DNA of 39,220 nucleotides from Batkoa obscura (Eukaryota): NCBI GenBank assembly GCA_030770535.1, contig JASVEC010000159.1, positions 1 to 39,220 of the forward strand, read 5' to 3'. Shown piece by piece: positions 21,019 to 34,636 of this stretch (position 1 is its first letter; each line of letters starts with the position of its first letter). The notes under the pieces were generated by a model. It saw only the letters and a program-made list of their open reading frames with translations, ran no database searches and was not told where the DNA came from. The position numbers and the translations under genes were made by a program.

Positions 21019-22810
21019 ATTCTATCTTCTACTTTTAGTAAATGCATGTTCAAAAATGAGCAAAAATTGATCTGCTGGCAAAAAGACATTTTCATAGACA
21101 ATAAAGCTTGGAGTAGGATTATAATATTTTAAAACACACTTACTCAAAGGCAGCCCTACAAATATGATAATAAGCATATCTGTATTATTTTCATCAAATC
21201 TTCAAAGCCGCTAAGATACTTGATTGACTGTTTAAATTCCAGCTTGCTTTAGTCTAAAACATATTTGATTTAACCGAATACATATTGAGTTTGACTCTTT
21301 TTTGTCATGTGAAATAAATAAAAGGACGATAATCTAGCTAAGTTTATAGCTGATTTTTGCATGATATCTTGGCTATGTTAGAAGGACTATTCAGAGTTTA
21401 CAGGTATTTAAAAATAAATAACATACTAAAAACCCTGAGATAACGATGTTAAGGAATGTGCTCCAGTTTCCTGTATAAACTTACATTAGGCTAAAACGTA
21501 ACTGCTATTAAGTGACTTTTGGTTCTTGATCTGACGTTGATGTTTCTAATTTCCCTTAAACTGCTTTCGTTCAAGGTGGTACTCGCCATTAATTAAATTC
21601 TCATTTCAAATTGGTTCTCTGACTCTTTTATGCCCTTTATTTTTGCTATCTTCTTATTTGATTTGAATTAACTTACATTATAAATAGCAAAGCTCAGAGT
21701 GTGTTTCAATAGCAATAACCATACTCTTGTAAAGTTGTCATTTTCTTAAATTCAATAATTGAGGTACTTAATCTAGGAATACGTTTGATAAAATACCAAA
21801 TTTCGGCTGTCATTTTACATTTTAAAAAAGGATTTATTTTTTTTTATAAACTGTATTTATACTTTTCCTTGGAAGGTTCATTTTGTTTTCTTGTTTGATG
21901 TATATTAATACTTTATTCTTTAATTTGTTGCTAAACTTATTAATTTAAATTTAGACAAATATTTCCATACTTTTTGTAATTTTCTACTTTTGTTTGATTT
22001 TTATATCCAAGATAAAGTTATTCTCATCCAATTCATTCAGTTAACATATTATTGTAGTAAATAAATATATAAAGTAACTTGATTTATTACCTATCACATT
22101 CACCTTTTAATAGTAATATTTTTATTATTTTTATTTGAGCTCTTGCGGATATATTTATAGTGCCAATATTTTATTCATTTTTTAACTCAAGTTATTTTTT
22201 TATTGAATTCTTAAACGAAAGTATTTGTATATACTATTATAAAAAACTTTATTTTGAAAAGAAAACTTTAAAACTTTATATCAATAATGACTATCTAAGC
22301 ATCTTACATTAACAGCTTAAAATTTAAAACTTTTTATATATATTGATCTTATTCGAAACTGACAGTTTTGATATCAATGTCATTTTTCTCTAATCATACT
22401 CATACCCCTTACACCTTTGACATGAGCTTTTTTGAACGCTACTGAAGTGAAGTTTACTTTAGGTTATATACGATAAGCAAATGCATCGGTATTATAGTAG
22501 TAATTATTCTTAGTATGCAATAAATCAATTGGCTAAATAAAGACAGATTCAGTAATAATGGTTAGGGATCTTTCTTTTTCCGGGTTACATTTGTAGATTA
22601 TAAATATTATATTTGTTATTATTAAAATAAGTCACCCGATTTCTCTCATTGTTCTTAATATCGCCTATTCCATTGATAACTTACTATTATCATCTTATTT
22701 ATTACCATTGACTATTATTATCTTCATTATTACTGATCTCTTTTTCTTTAAATAAAGGCAAATCATAAAGGGTTTTTGGACTGTTTGTGCCTGGTACCAA
22801 AGTTTTGTAT

Positions 22811-22908
22811 GGGGATGTTTTTTTGGCTTCATTATTTTTTCCATCTTTTAAACGCTATTTGAGTGAAAAAACTGTTAATAAAATTCTTAAATACAAAAAT
22901 ACATGCCT
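22811..22908. mobile_element. ~97-bp MITE
   Basis: GGGGATGT...ACATGCCT; flanks GTAT/ATAT. Confidence 0.9.
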
Positions 22909-23621
22909 ATATGTATTTTCTGAAGCACCCCAGCATTAATATTACTAAGTTGATTACCTAGTTTTTTTATTGTATAGATTTTATATCTAGCAAAGCATCC
23001 CCGATGATTGAGTATGATTTGTATTAACTTTTTCAAACAAAAATAGGTCAAATTTTAATGTGTAAATCTCGATTACTTTCTTTATTTCTTCTAATCTGAT
23101 AAAATAAATTAATCAGTCTAGTTTTGGAAATCCACACTAAAAATAACCTTTTAAATTCAGTATATATGCCTTCGTAGCATGTACTTTTAAATCTAATTTA
23201 TGTGAAGTTTTTAATCATGGGCTGTACTTGATTGTCTACTTATTGGTATTTCGAAGTAATATAAATTATCATTTAAAATAAACATTTCTTATTGGAGTAT
23301 AGATTACTTTTAGCTACTTTATTTTAATATCAAATTAGTTTAAGAGTATTATAACTATGCTTGACCCAGAGTAGTGAAAGGATCTAGAAATATAAAATCG
23401 AGTTAAATCTTTTTTATTCTGTGATGTAGAACATTCTTGTGTATGAAACCCAATATTTACAATTGATACATTAAATCCGCTATATATCCCTGTTATAATA
23501 CATCCGTCACACCATTTATCATCTCTAGTGCCAAGACAATTTAAAACAGCCCTAGATTACCCATGTTGTAATAAAAACCTAATATTGTTTTATGTTCCTT
23601 TTCATTTCCAATACTAAATAC

Positions 23622-23720
23622 GAGGATGTATTTTTGTGTTTAAGAATTTTATTACCAAATTTTCCACGCAAATAGCGCTTAAAAGATGGAAAAAGTAATG
23701 AAGCCAAAAAAAACACTCCC
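23622..23720. mobile_element. ~97-bp MITE
   Basis: GAGGATGT...ACACTCCC; internal match to the family; TSD unclear. Confidence 0.88.
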
Positions 23721-25536
23721 AATATATTCCCATTTGATAATCCCAATAGAGTATTGATTCTGTTCCTTCTTTTCGATAGTGCTACATTTGCAAATAATTT
23801 GAAATCTTTTTTTAAACTTAATGTAAATACTTCCTTGTTGAACATCATGAAGTAATCGGATGATAGTGAATATCTGGTTCCACCTAAATAATGTTCTTTT
23901 TCTAATTATTACATATCCTCCATTTTTACCTCATATCAACATTGTACTGATTTCATTAAGTAAAAATACAATAATAGTTTACAATATAAATATTTCGAAA
24001 TAATCAAAAAGACACTTCATTGTTTATATAATCTTTTAATTTAAATATTTCGAACTTCTGGAAAACTAATAATATGATAGTTACTATAATACATATTAAA
24101 TGCTATGGTTAGTCCTTGATATTATTTTAATTGGAAGTTCTCTTAGCTAGTTTCATTTGCACTTTATTTTGAAAGCTGAAAACTTTATTATCTAGTGGTT
24201 ATATTGAGAATGGATAAATAATAGAGCCCTCAATAGCCCGGTTTAAGAGGACGTTAATAAAGCTGATTAGGTAAACTTTAGTCCAAAGCTTTACTTGTAG
24301 TTTTCTTTATAGTTTATAATTTAAAAGTATTTGAATTACTCAGTTATATTCAATATAGTTTTTCAAAATTCTTTCAGCTTATAAAGCTAAAAATAAAATA
24401 TAAAATACGTATTCATTTTACTTAAATAGCTTAATAATTATTTATCATAGTAATAGAACTGCATTTATCAGGACTTAGAATAGGTTTAAAACGTAAAAAC
24501 ATGGATCAATTATGCCATCTAAATTATTTAATGATTCACGCTATATGTTCAAAACTTATATTTTTAAAAGAATAAACCCCCTTTATAAGTATTTGTCCTT
24601 TTTACTACAAGTTTCAATCATGATGCCCTTATCTCTACGTAAAAATATATTAAGTTTGTTTTATTTTCTAAATAAAATAACAGATATCAAAGAAACTAGG
24701 AATTTGTAACCTTTTCTTGGCGCACAGCTGTTGTCTTTGATATTTGGTTTCAGTATTCTCGCAATTTTAAAACAATTAACTCTTTAGATAGCAATTTGTT
24801 CTGGTTAAAGGAAATTAGTTATATCATAAAATATACGCTGTAAGACAGAGTTATAAATTTAGTGATAGAAAAGTGTTTTAGGAGTAACTGAATTATTAAG
24901 TTGTTTATAAATAGGCTTTAAAAAAAATTAAAAGCTATTTTTAATCATGTGGAGTGAATAACTAGATAGGATGAAAATTACTTGGGTAGTATATAATCAT
25001 ATATCGTCATTGACATATTTAATATAAATATATAAGTATCATTGGTTGACTTTGAAGGGTTATTGACCTTTTTATACCGGAATTTTACCCAAATTATCTC
25101 CAATATTTATTCTAGTTAAATTGAAAGTTTTTTTTGAATATTACATTAATCTCATTTTGACCAATAGTTACTTTGCTTTTAAATAACAATTTTAAGGTTC
25201 TACATTTGAATAATACTTCATATTTATAAACATATTTAAAGTAGATGAAGATATATATTTATCTGCTATTTTATATCATATTAAAATAATAGTTTTATAT
25301 TACATTCTATAAAATAAGTTCAAAACTAACAAAATGAAATATTAATGTTTTTAGTTAACTATTATTATGGGTTAAAACGTTATATCCCTGACCATTTAAC
25401 TTTAACAAATGATTTGTTTAATCTATTACGATTACAGCTTTTTTAATGTAATTGGATAAAATCAATTAAAGCAATCCGAAGATGAGAATAAATTATAGAA
25501 CAGGTGTAAGAAAAAAACAGTTTAGTTTTGTTTCAA

Positions 25537-27386
25537 ATGTCTATACAAAACCAATTTGATCTTGCGGTAGAAGTCAACACTAGACCAACATGCTTTCGTG
25601 CTATTACCACTCAGAAAGAAAAAGATGATGTCACAAAGCTTTTAGATACATTTAATAGATTTTATGAAAGTATTGTTGACATTCACTCTGGGATCTATAG
25701 GATGATATTTTTGACCCTTGAAGCTTATTTTAAACATGGTGTTATTAAGACGTATCCTAATTATGAAAAATATATCGAATTAATAGTTAAAGCTATAGGA
25801 AAGATGATAAGGTGTGAAGATGAAGTATTTAATTTATATGCTTTAAGGTTTATATTCATTTTGTATGAAGATTATTATGACCTTATTAAAGTTCATATTT
25901 ATATATTATTTAAATGTCTCTTTTTTGCACTTAATAAAGATTTTTATAAAGTGGAAAACTATAATGCCAGCATTGGAACGTGCTATCAGTTTCTCATTTA
26001 CTTTATGGAATTGGAGTTCATGAATAATAAGGAATTAATATTCAGATACGTTGAATCTGGTTTCTCTATTAAATGTCCTAATCTCCGGTTGAGGTATGTG
26101 TTCTTACTTGAGTATATTATCAAGCTTGCTGATGATGATTTTATTGAAATGAACCATATGAAAATTGATCAGATGATAATAAAATCATTTGATGACAAAG
26201 CGCTCTTGATTCGACAAGCAGGTAGTATAGTTTATCATTCCTATTGTCGTAAAAACGTAAATAGGGCCTATGAACTTTACCAGAGCTTCAATACTAATCA
26301 AAAGCGAAATACTCGTTGCAAGACTAATAGGGCATTACATCAACACGTAATTCGAAGACCAAAGATTTATTCAGCTTATCTTAAAGATGCGGAAATTCCA
26401 AATGTACTTGAAATAATAAAGAAACATATTTTGCCTCATAAAAGAGAACTTGAGCATAAAAAAAGAATATCACAATATGAAGAAGAGAACACATTAATTA
26501 CTAAAAAAGTTAAACTAGAAATGTATAAAAAAGGAGATTCGGATGTAAAAACTGTATCAGATACTATTCAAAGTTTAAGCCCCAGTAAATCTATGTTTAA
26601 GCAATTCAACGTTCAAATTAAAGGCATCTTTGAGAAGTTTGTTGCTGATAATGTATCTCTTAAAGATGGATCCATTTCTCCAACCCACTTTACTTCAACT
26701 AATCAAAATGAGTCCAACTATAAAAATACTCAGAGAATGAGCTCAGATAGGCCAAACTCTAATGAGAGAAAAATTGATCAAGGTGGTATTAATGGAGAAA
26801 AAAATGGTCACGGAGTTGACGGAAAAATTAAAATTACAGTTAAAAAAGGTAAGATAATATGAAAATCATGCATTAATTAATTAATCTTTTAATAGAAATA
26901 AAATTAAAGTCATGTTTGGTTAAAGAAAAAAGGTATAACATATGTAAAAAAAGGGTAACCTTCCATGAAAGTGTAGATAGAGAGGAGGAGTATGAAGAAA
27001 GAGAGGCAAGAAAAGAGGAGAAAAGAAATCAAGTTGAATTAAATTTAATTGGACGCCCAATATTGGATGTTAATTATATTAAGGATCGAATTAATGGTCT
27101 TATTGATCTCGGTACTTTAAGGTTGGAATATCAAGATCCAGCTATAAAGTTAATGACACCTCGACCACAGAAATTTAGTCATGATTATGTTGCACCAAAT
27201 GATGACTGTCCACTTTGCATTAAATATATTCATGGATCCGATGTCCAAGAAACTGCTGGCTTTTATCCTGGGAAAAGACAAAAGATTTGTTGGGATCATT
27301 TAGCTATGATTAGTAGGGATCCAGGACATTGGATTCAATACGAGAATGAATGGGTTCCTTTCCTTCAAAAAACTAATATTGTTTAG
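25537..27386 (+). CDS. Divergent CLASP-N/HEAT-repeat-like protein, 2 exons, ~600 aa
   Basis: ORFs join in frame via intron 26849-26895. LRLRYVFLLEYII and IDQMIIKSFDDKALLIRQAGSIVYHSYCRKNVNRAYELYQSFN resemble the end of the CLASP/Stu1 TOG-like domain (by eye). Confidence 0.65.
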
Positions 27387-28214
27387 TTTATAATAAATTA
27401 TTTTTATGTTTGTTTAATTTGATTTTTAGTTTGTTGAAATACAGTAAATTTAAGCTGTGAATGAATGAATGAATGTTTATAATATAAGGTAAAAGAATAA
27501 TAAAAATCAATAATGACTAAGCTTGTGATAAAAGCACTCAGTTTGCTAATAAGGAAGCGACTTTAATCTCAGCATTTGTCTACTTTTTATATAACATAAA
27601 ATTTTAAAAAACATTAATTAGAGGTATAACTAAAAGAACATTTGCATAATTTTTTAGGGCTAAATTTAGTAAGTTACAGTTTTTCATTATTCATGTCAAA
27701 ATAGGAGGAAAATCATTTTTTAAAGATTTACCAACTCAATATTTCAAGATTCATAAACAATATAGAACTATAATATTGAGTTGGTTATTTTATAACTCTT
27801 TTATCCAGATTATTAGACACTATTTAACGCTTTAAGATAATTATAAAATATTTACAATTAATAAGTACGAAAAGAGAGAGAGACTATTTTAGGTGATTAT
27901 AGAGCTGAACAACTTTGATTTTTTTATGGTTAAAAACAACCTTCATAATTTAAGGTAAAGGCATTTACCCATTTAAATTTTATAACGCTATTATACATTT
28001 ATAAGACTTGGGATTGAAATAAACAGTACCTTAGGATTATTACATTTGATTAATAAATACTAAATTTATGTAAAGCTTGAAAGGGATCATATAAACATTA
28101 TAATACGAATAAATAGTATATACGTTTTAAGTATGAATAAATAACTTAATGAAATACAAAATTTTTAAAAAATGGATATTTAACTATAATCTTTATCATG
28201 TAATAGTAAATCTT

Positions 28215-28848
28215 TTAAGTGAAGTTATCTTGATCACCAGTGTTTGATCCTATACCAGTATATTCGCAAAAAATATGATAAGCCCAACCATTCGGTGAAA
28301 TACCCGGTGGACTTTCCCAATGAGAAACTCATAACGGTTTGTCGCTAGAAAAAGTAGAAAGGTTACTAGTACATTCAATGCACCAATCTGTAATAATATA
28401 AATCACTGGACGTCTACTAGTTTTGGAATGATAAATAGTACTAAAATATTTAATCCAATTAACCATACTAGCATGGGATAAACCAATACAACCAGCTTCA
28501 AGGCCAAGAGTGCCTGGTAAACTTATCCCATCAGCACTCCAACCATCTCTATTAGCCACAAAATAATTGGTTTGTGCAACACTTGATGAATCAACAGGAC
28601 GATCAAAGTAATAACTTCCACGAGTCAAGCCTACTTTAGTAGCATTTGTCTATTGTGAACCAAACTTAGGACTCTTATATATAGTATTTTCAGTAGCTTT
28701 GGTATAAGCAAATTCAACTTTATTTGATTTGATGCTATTCCAATTAATATCTGATTGTCATCTACTTACTTTAATTCCTTTTGGATTAACTGAAGCTATA
28801 GCAGCAATGTCAATAGGTGTATTAACAATGAATAATGAAACTATTCAT
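28215..28848 (-). pseudogene. GH25 (Chalaropsis/cellosyl-type) muramidase pseudogene
   Basis: One frame reads KGIKVSR*QSDINWNSIKS...FAYTKATE...Q*TNATKVGLTRGSYYFDRP...GWSADGISLPGTLGLE...PVIY...KPL*VSHW...GDQDNF. Stops at 28758, 28650 and 28329; ATG out of frame; catalytic Asp residues lost. Confidence 0.9.
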
Positions 28849-29035
28849 TCTGAGTTTATAATCATAATATTTGTAGAACAAGGGTATTTATATTATTCGA
28901 TTTTATAGCTAGCTTATAAAATAATATCAATTCAAGTGTTTTGGAAATGATATAAATATTCAACATTAAATTACTTGATGCCTTGTTAAATAAAAGGATA
29001 CGTTCAAATAAAACTTAGGTTATTTTAGATCATAT

Positions 29036-29132
29036 GGAGATGTACTTTTGTGTTTAAGAATTTTATTAACAATCTTTCCGCCTAAATAGTGCTTAAAGAT
29101 AGAAAAAATAATGAAATCAAAAAATCATCCCC
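29036..29132. mobile_element. ~97-bp MITE
   Basis: GGAGATGT...TCATCCCC; flanks ATAT/ATGT. Confidence 0.9.
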
Positions 29133-29933
29133 ATGTAATTACTTTGAATTGTTATTATTTTAGATTTAGTACTTAATTGTATTGCAAGTCTGGTTAATCG
29201 TCTTTTTATTAAAAAAAAATATTATTAAAATATTTAAAACATGATGGCTCTTTGACTATGATCATTAGTCACAGTAATTTTATGATGAAATAATTATCTT
29301 TAGTTTATATTATAAACCAGAGCAAGTGAAGGATTTATTTATTATTTGTTATTAAATATAAAATATATTAGATAGAAATATTAAAAACTAATCTTCTAAA
29401 GTTGATGATAATATTATACAATTACAATTTTTAATCTTTTTTTATTTATGTAAGAGCAGCAATACCATTATTTCTTTTTTTAGAGCCTTAAAGTCTTATG
29501 ATGTTATGTTTTCAAGCTTAATTATTTAAGTGACAATATATTATCATACTATAATTTGATGTTTGGTTATATATAGTTTTTCATTTAAAAAGCACATACA
29601 ATAAACCTAATAATCGAAACTAAATATGGTAGAAATGGATTACTTTTTACTTAATTTAATGATTATAATAGTTTCTAATAACACATATAATTAATTCAAC
29701 TGGAGCCTGTTTTCATTACATAATCAATCTTAAGGATTTTTATTAAAGTTATTCTAGTATTTTAAAAAACAAAATATTTTATTATTATAAAATACCACTA
29801 TAAATAGCATAAAGAATGAAAATAATTTGTTAAAGAGTCCACACGTTATATGGTATATTTGTGCTGTCATTTTAATATTATGTGTTCTATTATTTCAGTT
29901 ACTTTTGTATAACTATTGATAAACTTATTATAT

Positions 29934-30032
29934 GGGGATATATTTTATTATTTGAGAGTTTTACTAACACTTTTTCCGCTCAAATAGCACTTAAAAAATG
30001 GAAAAAGTAATAAAACCAAAAAAAACATCCCC
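29934..30032. mobile_element. ~97-bp MITE
   Basis: GGGGATAT...ACATCCCC; ATAT/ATAT TSD. Confidence 0.9.
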
Positions 30033-30781
30033 ATATCATTATATTAAATGTAGAAGCAAAAGTGATACTTTAAGAATTGGTTGTTAATTAAAAACTATAC
30101 ATCATTTTAGACTTGTTTTTATATTTTATTATACTAAAACTAAAAACACAGAGTTATTCATAATTAAATAGCATTTATTAATATTAATATTTTTATAATT
30201 AGTTATTGTTAAAATATACTTATAATCTTATTACTAATTTAATAAATTAGTCTAATTATTTCTACTTAAATATTTAATTATGATAGAATAAATCTAGAAT
30301 TTAACTAGGTAGAATCAAAGTTTCTAATTAGTTCAACCCCTTTTATTTTTTTGACTAATAAATTAGAAAAATTCTTTGAAATTGAACTTATTAGAAATAG
30401 ATTTTATAAAGCTTCTTTCTATTTATTAAATATATTTTAAAATATATTATAAAACAAGAGATAGAAAAACAATAAATAAGATAACAAAAATTAAGAAAGT
30501 TAAATATTATACCTTTTTATAATTAGTATATTATTATTTTTTATTAAATTAAAACTAAAAGTTGAATTTTATATAATTTTTGAGTTTTCATCCCATTAAC
30601 TTATTTCATTTCTAATTGGTCCCTTTCTTCAACATAAAAAAAATCTGAAATCCAGGCAGTAAACTAGTAACTTAAAAATTAAAACAAAAACAGTCACAAT
30701 TAATTACCTCATCATTCCTTTATAAAATGATATCGTTCATTTATGCCTCCATTTACATCCCTTTCCGCTTTCACTCTCGAT

Positions 30782-31075
30782 TCACCAATACTTTCCCAAA
30801 GGAGGGACTTTAGGATACGTTATATTCTTACAATCTTTTTTTAAATCATATAATTCTGGATACTCTGGACATTCGCCATTGTCTCGCATTCTTACACATC
30901 TCCAATAATCTCTTCGATTATGCTTACTTTTTGGTCGTAACCAACATGGACTACATGGTTCCTGTGTGGGGAGGCAGCGGTAATTGGATAGGTAACGACA
31001 TTTTTCAATTGGTAAAGGACATTGTGAGAAGGTGGTGGTAATTAATAGATATAAGGTTATAAGTTGTAGTAACAT
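30782..31075 (-). CDS. Small secreted cysteine-rich protein (97 aa, 8 Cys, basic)
   Basis: Signal peptide MLLQLITLYLLITTTFS; Cys spacing 6-7-6-2-15-8-12. Confidence 0.8.
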   Translation of the reverse strand: MLLQLITLYLLITTTFSQCPLPIEKCRYLSNYRCLPTQEPCSPCWLRPKSKHNRRDYWRCVRMRDNGECPEYPELYDLKKDCKNITYPKVPPLGKYW

Positions 31076-31480
31076 TATAAATTTATGGTGAGGTTAGTTA
31101 GTTAATTTATTGAAAAATAGTTTTGCTGTGTTGATATGATTTTTAAATTAATTTAGTTTTTGAGATCGACTTAAAAACAAGTTTTATGTTTTCATTGGAG
31201 TACAATTGAGTAGTTGAATATTACTATTCTTTTGGATTGGAATTTCTATTTTTAATTTATCATCAGTTTAATTTAATAATGAGTCATTGATAATTTTAAT
31301 AGAATTAATTATGAGTTAAGAATTAACTATAAATTTAAGAATCAAACTTACTATAATTTCTTAAAAATTGCAAAACTCAAACTTTAATTAGACTAATCAA
31401 TTTTATTAAAAGTCTAACTCTTATTTTATTAAAATTCAATATTCTACATTTATTCCAAAGTTTCAAAAAAATCAAAAAAA

Positions 31481-32125
31481 ATGTTAACTAAATTTTATCG
31501 TCCAATTCAACATTTATCTCTACGATTGTATAGCAGTAAGCCTTCCGAAAATTATTATGACTTATTAAAAATAAAAAAAACCTCAACCAAATCAGAAATC
31601 AAAACTTCATTCTACCGTTTATCGATGCAATATCATCCGGACAAAAACCCTAATAATGAATCTGCCCATGCCCATTTTTTAAAAATCAATGAAGCCTACT
31701 CAATACTTAGTGATGACACAAAACGTTTAGATTATGATCGAAGTTTTATTTCTCATAATTATTCAAAAGAACAAGCATTTAGTAACCGATTTCGTTATCG
31801 ACAAAAACCTACAGCTCAGTATGGAAAAACAAAACCATATCATCAAAAGAATACATTTAAAGATGGAAATCAAATGGGAAAAGAGTACAATCAAGGAGAA
31901 TATGAAGATATGCATGGGTATAGTAGCGGAAGTGGGAGTGGAATTGGAAATACACCATTTCGATTTCAAAATCGATATCATCAAGATGAACGACCTAATA
32001 TTGAGACTTCTTCTCATGTTTGGGGTAGAATGACTTCAGTATTTGTTATGATGTGTTCCTGTTGGTTCATTGTTTCTAAATTGAGTAATAATAATAATAA
32101 TGAATATCATAAAAAAGGAAAATAA
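31481..32125 (+). CDS. J-domain protein (class C), probably mitochondrial, with C-terminal TM segment
   Basis: Presequence-like MLTKFYRPIQHLSLRLYSS; NYYDLL...YHPDKN...INEAYSILSD...YD; hydrophobic tail. Confidence 0.92.
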   Translation: MLTKFYRPIQHLSLRLYSSKPSENYYDLLKIKKTSTKSEIKTSFYRLSMQYHPDKNPNNESAHAHFLKINEAYSILSDDTKRLDYDRSFISHNYSKEQAFSNRFRYRQKPTAQYGKTKPYHQKNTFKDGNQMGKEYNQGEYEDMHGYSSGSGSGIGNTPFRFQNRYHQDERPNIETSSHVWGRMTSVFVMMCSCWFIVSKLSNNNNNEYHKKGK

Positions 32126-32228
32126 AGTTAAGTTAAATGATATTTGTATAGTTAATAATAATATGAAAAGTAATAAAAAGTGGGGCAATATACTATATAA
32201 TATCAATCTCTATATTTTATTTATATTT

Positions 32229-34211
32229 TTAATGGCGTTGATTATTAGTTGTATTTTTATTAATTCTAGGTTGAAAATTTACATCTTTTAATAATTCTTT
32301 TATATTATTATTAATTCTATTAGATTCTATAATATCATCTAAATAATATTAAAATAAATAAACAATTATTATTATTATTATTATAAATATAATAATTTAC
32401 CTTTTTTAAAACTTCGATTTCTCCCAATTAAACAAACATTTTTTGTAGATGGTATTCTTAAATATTCTTTCTCTGGTATATAGCCACATAGTTTTATAAT
32501 TTCAATTAAATAATTAATATAATTTTCATAATTTCCTAAAATAAAATAAAATAAAATAGTTAATATTATATTATATTCTTAATTCTCTTCTATTTAAACT
32601 TACCAATATTTTCTTTTTTTTTTAAATGTTGATATCGTGTACCATTCAAATTATAAAAACAACATGGTATTATTATAAACCTTAAATATATTATTATTAA
32701 ATATAACTAAATTAAACTAATATATAATTAAATTATTACTTTGTTTCATAACTAGAATTATTTGCCATAATAGGTATCCAAGGGGATAGTTCATCACAAT
32801 GATTACCAATCAACCAAGTCTCAATAAATTGTTCCTTATTAGGGATTAATGTTCGACCTATAATTAAATAATAAATTTATTAATATAATAATATAATAAT
32901 ATAATAATATATATTAATGTACTAATAATAATAATAACTTAACTTACAAATTAATTTATCTTCTTTAAATAAATCCCAAATTTTTCTTTTTACTAAATCA
33001 ATTCCTTGACCTTGATGTCCCAATTGATTTAATAAATGAACTAATAGACCATTACCACATCCCAAATCAATAAAGGTAGAAGGTCTATTTATAGTATTAA
33101 TATTAATATTAATATTAATATTAATATTATATATTATTATTACCTTTCAAATAATAAATTTAAAAAAGTAGCAATACCAATGTCTTCAAATACAAATTTA
33201 CTTGCATCTGTATCTAATAGAAATAAACAATATATTAATATATTGTTTTATTTTATTATAAATAACATTTGACTTACTCTCAGGCCAATTTTTAACCCAA
33301 TATAAAAATTTATCTTTATTTTTTAAATAATTATCTTGATATTTTATTTTATCAATAATAACATCATGATAAACTCTCTTTTGATATCCTTTTAAAAGGT
33401 TTGTTATATATTTGATTAATAAATTAAATAAATTTTGTAACATTTTTAGCTATAAATATCAAAATTAAAATTTACTTTACAAAATAAATACTTGATATAT
33501 AAATTACCGATAACTCTAATTCCATCTCTTTAAATTTATTAAAATATTCCATTGTTACACTCTTCAATTCATTATTATAGATTATTCGATAACTATTAAC
33601 CTATTATCTCATTATTTATTAACATGAATTTATTTGTTTAAACAAAAACTTATTTACTTTTGGACAAAAAGAAGGTAATTCAATTAACTTTTCTTGAGTT
33701 ATATCTAAATCTATAAATTGATTATCCAAATTACCATCTTCTTGAACTATTTTTTCATCTATAGGTGAGTGTTCAACTTGCCAAACTAAAAGTTAAGAAA
33801 ATAAATATTAATAAATCCTTCTTTTTTTCATTGTTTATTTATTTTTAAAAAATAATGTCTTACTTCCTTCTTTTATTTCTTTAGTAACTACTTTTTGTAT
33901 CATCCAATTATCCTTTTTTGTTAACCTTGGTAATAATTTTCGTAATACTATACTTTCCTTAAGATAATCTATTCTATCTTTTAATGATGATTCCATTTCT
34001 TTTTCTATGGAATAAATAATTTCCCCTCTTAATATAGTTTTTGCCAATTGTTGTGGTTCATTTAACCATTGAGTCTAAATTGTTAATATTAGAATATATT
34101 AAATGAAATTAAGTTAAATGAGAAAGTATAAATTACCATTATTTTTAAAAATACATCACTCGACATATTTGAATTATCAATTATTTTAGTAGAGATTAAA
34201 TGCCAGCTCAT
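32229..34211 (-). CDS. TRM44: tRNA (uracil-O(2)-)-methyltransferase, ~11 exons
   Basis: Spliced translation gives GYQKRVYHD, W.E.TD.SKFVFEDIGIATFL, FIDLGCGNGLLVHLL, WLIGNHCDELSPWIP, IPCCFYNLNG and EYLRIPSTKN; ~10 short GT-AG introns. Confidence 0.92.
33096..33128. repeat. (TTAATA)n microsatellite in a TRM44 intron
   Basis: About 5.5 tandem units. Similar AT simple repeats at ~32881-32910 (TAATATAA)n and ~32366-32383 (TTA)n. Confidence 0.8.
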
Positions 34212-34636
34212 TATTGTTTGTTTTAAAAAATTGATTTGATTTTTTTCATAAAAGATAAAAGAAGATAAAAGTAAAAATAAAAATAAAAATAAAAATAACC
34301 TAACTTTAAAATTTTTAGGTGGAATTTCTATTACCAAAAAAAGTGTTAATTTTTTATGCTCAATAAAAATTAAAACCGTATTATTATAATTATTTAACTA
34401 TTTTACAATTCTATTTCTTTATTCTTTTTATTCCTTTATAGTCTATTTAATAATATTTCAGAATTATAATAAAACCCTTTAAATCACTTTTATCTACTAC
34501 TACTTTACAAAACTTTAAACAAATTCATAATTTATTATAATTATTATAAATAAAACTCAAAAAATTCAAAAAATAGAAGCATAATAAACTTAAATTTTAC
34601 TTCAAAATATTCTTCTTCCTTTACATTTTGTTTTTT

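Noticed and set aside
23579..23848. 89-aa ORF on the minus strand
   Set aside because: Runs through the 23622 MITE; no protein motif.
24512..24709. 65-aa ORF
   Set aside because: AT-biased composition with no motif; expected by chance.
28329..28760. Two TGA codons at conserved Trp positions in GH25 suggesting UGA recoding or selenocysteine
   Set aside because: There is also a TAG, a frameshift, lost catalytic residues and Trp-to-Cys changes; TGA ends other genes normally (5248, 7629).
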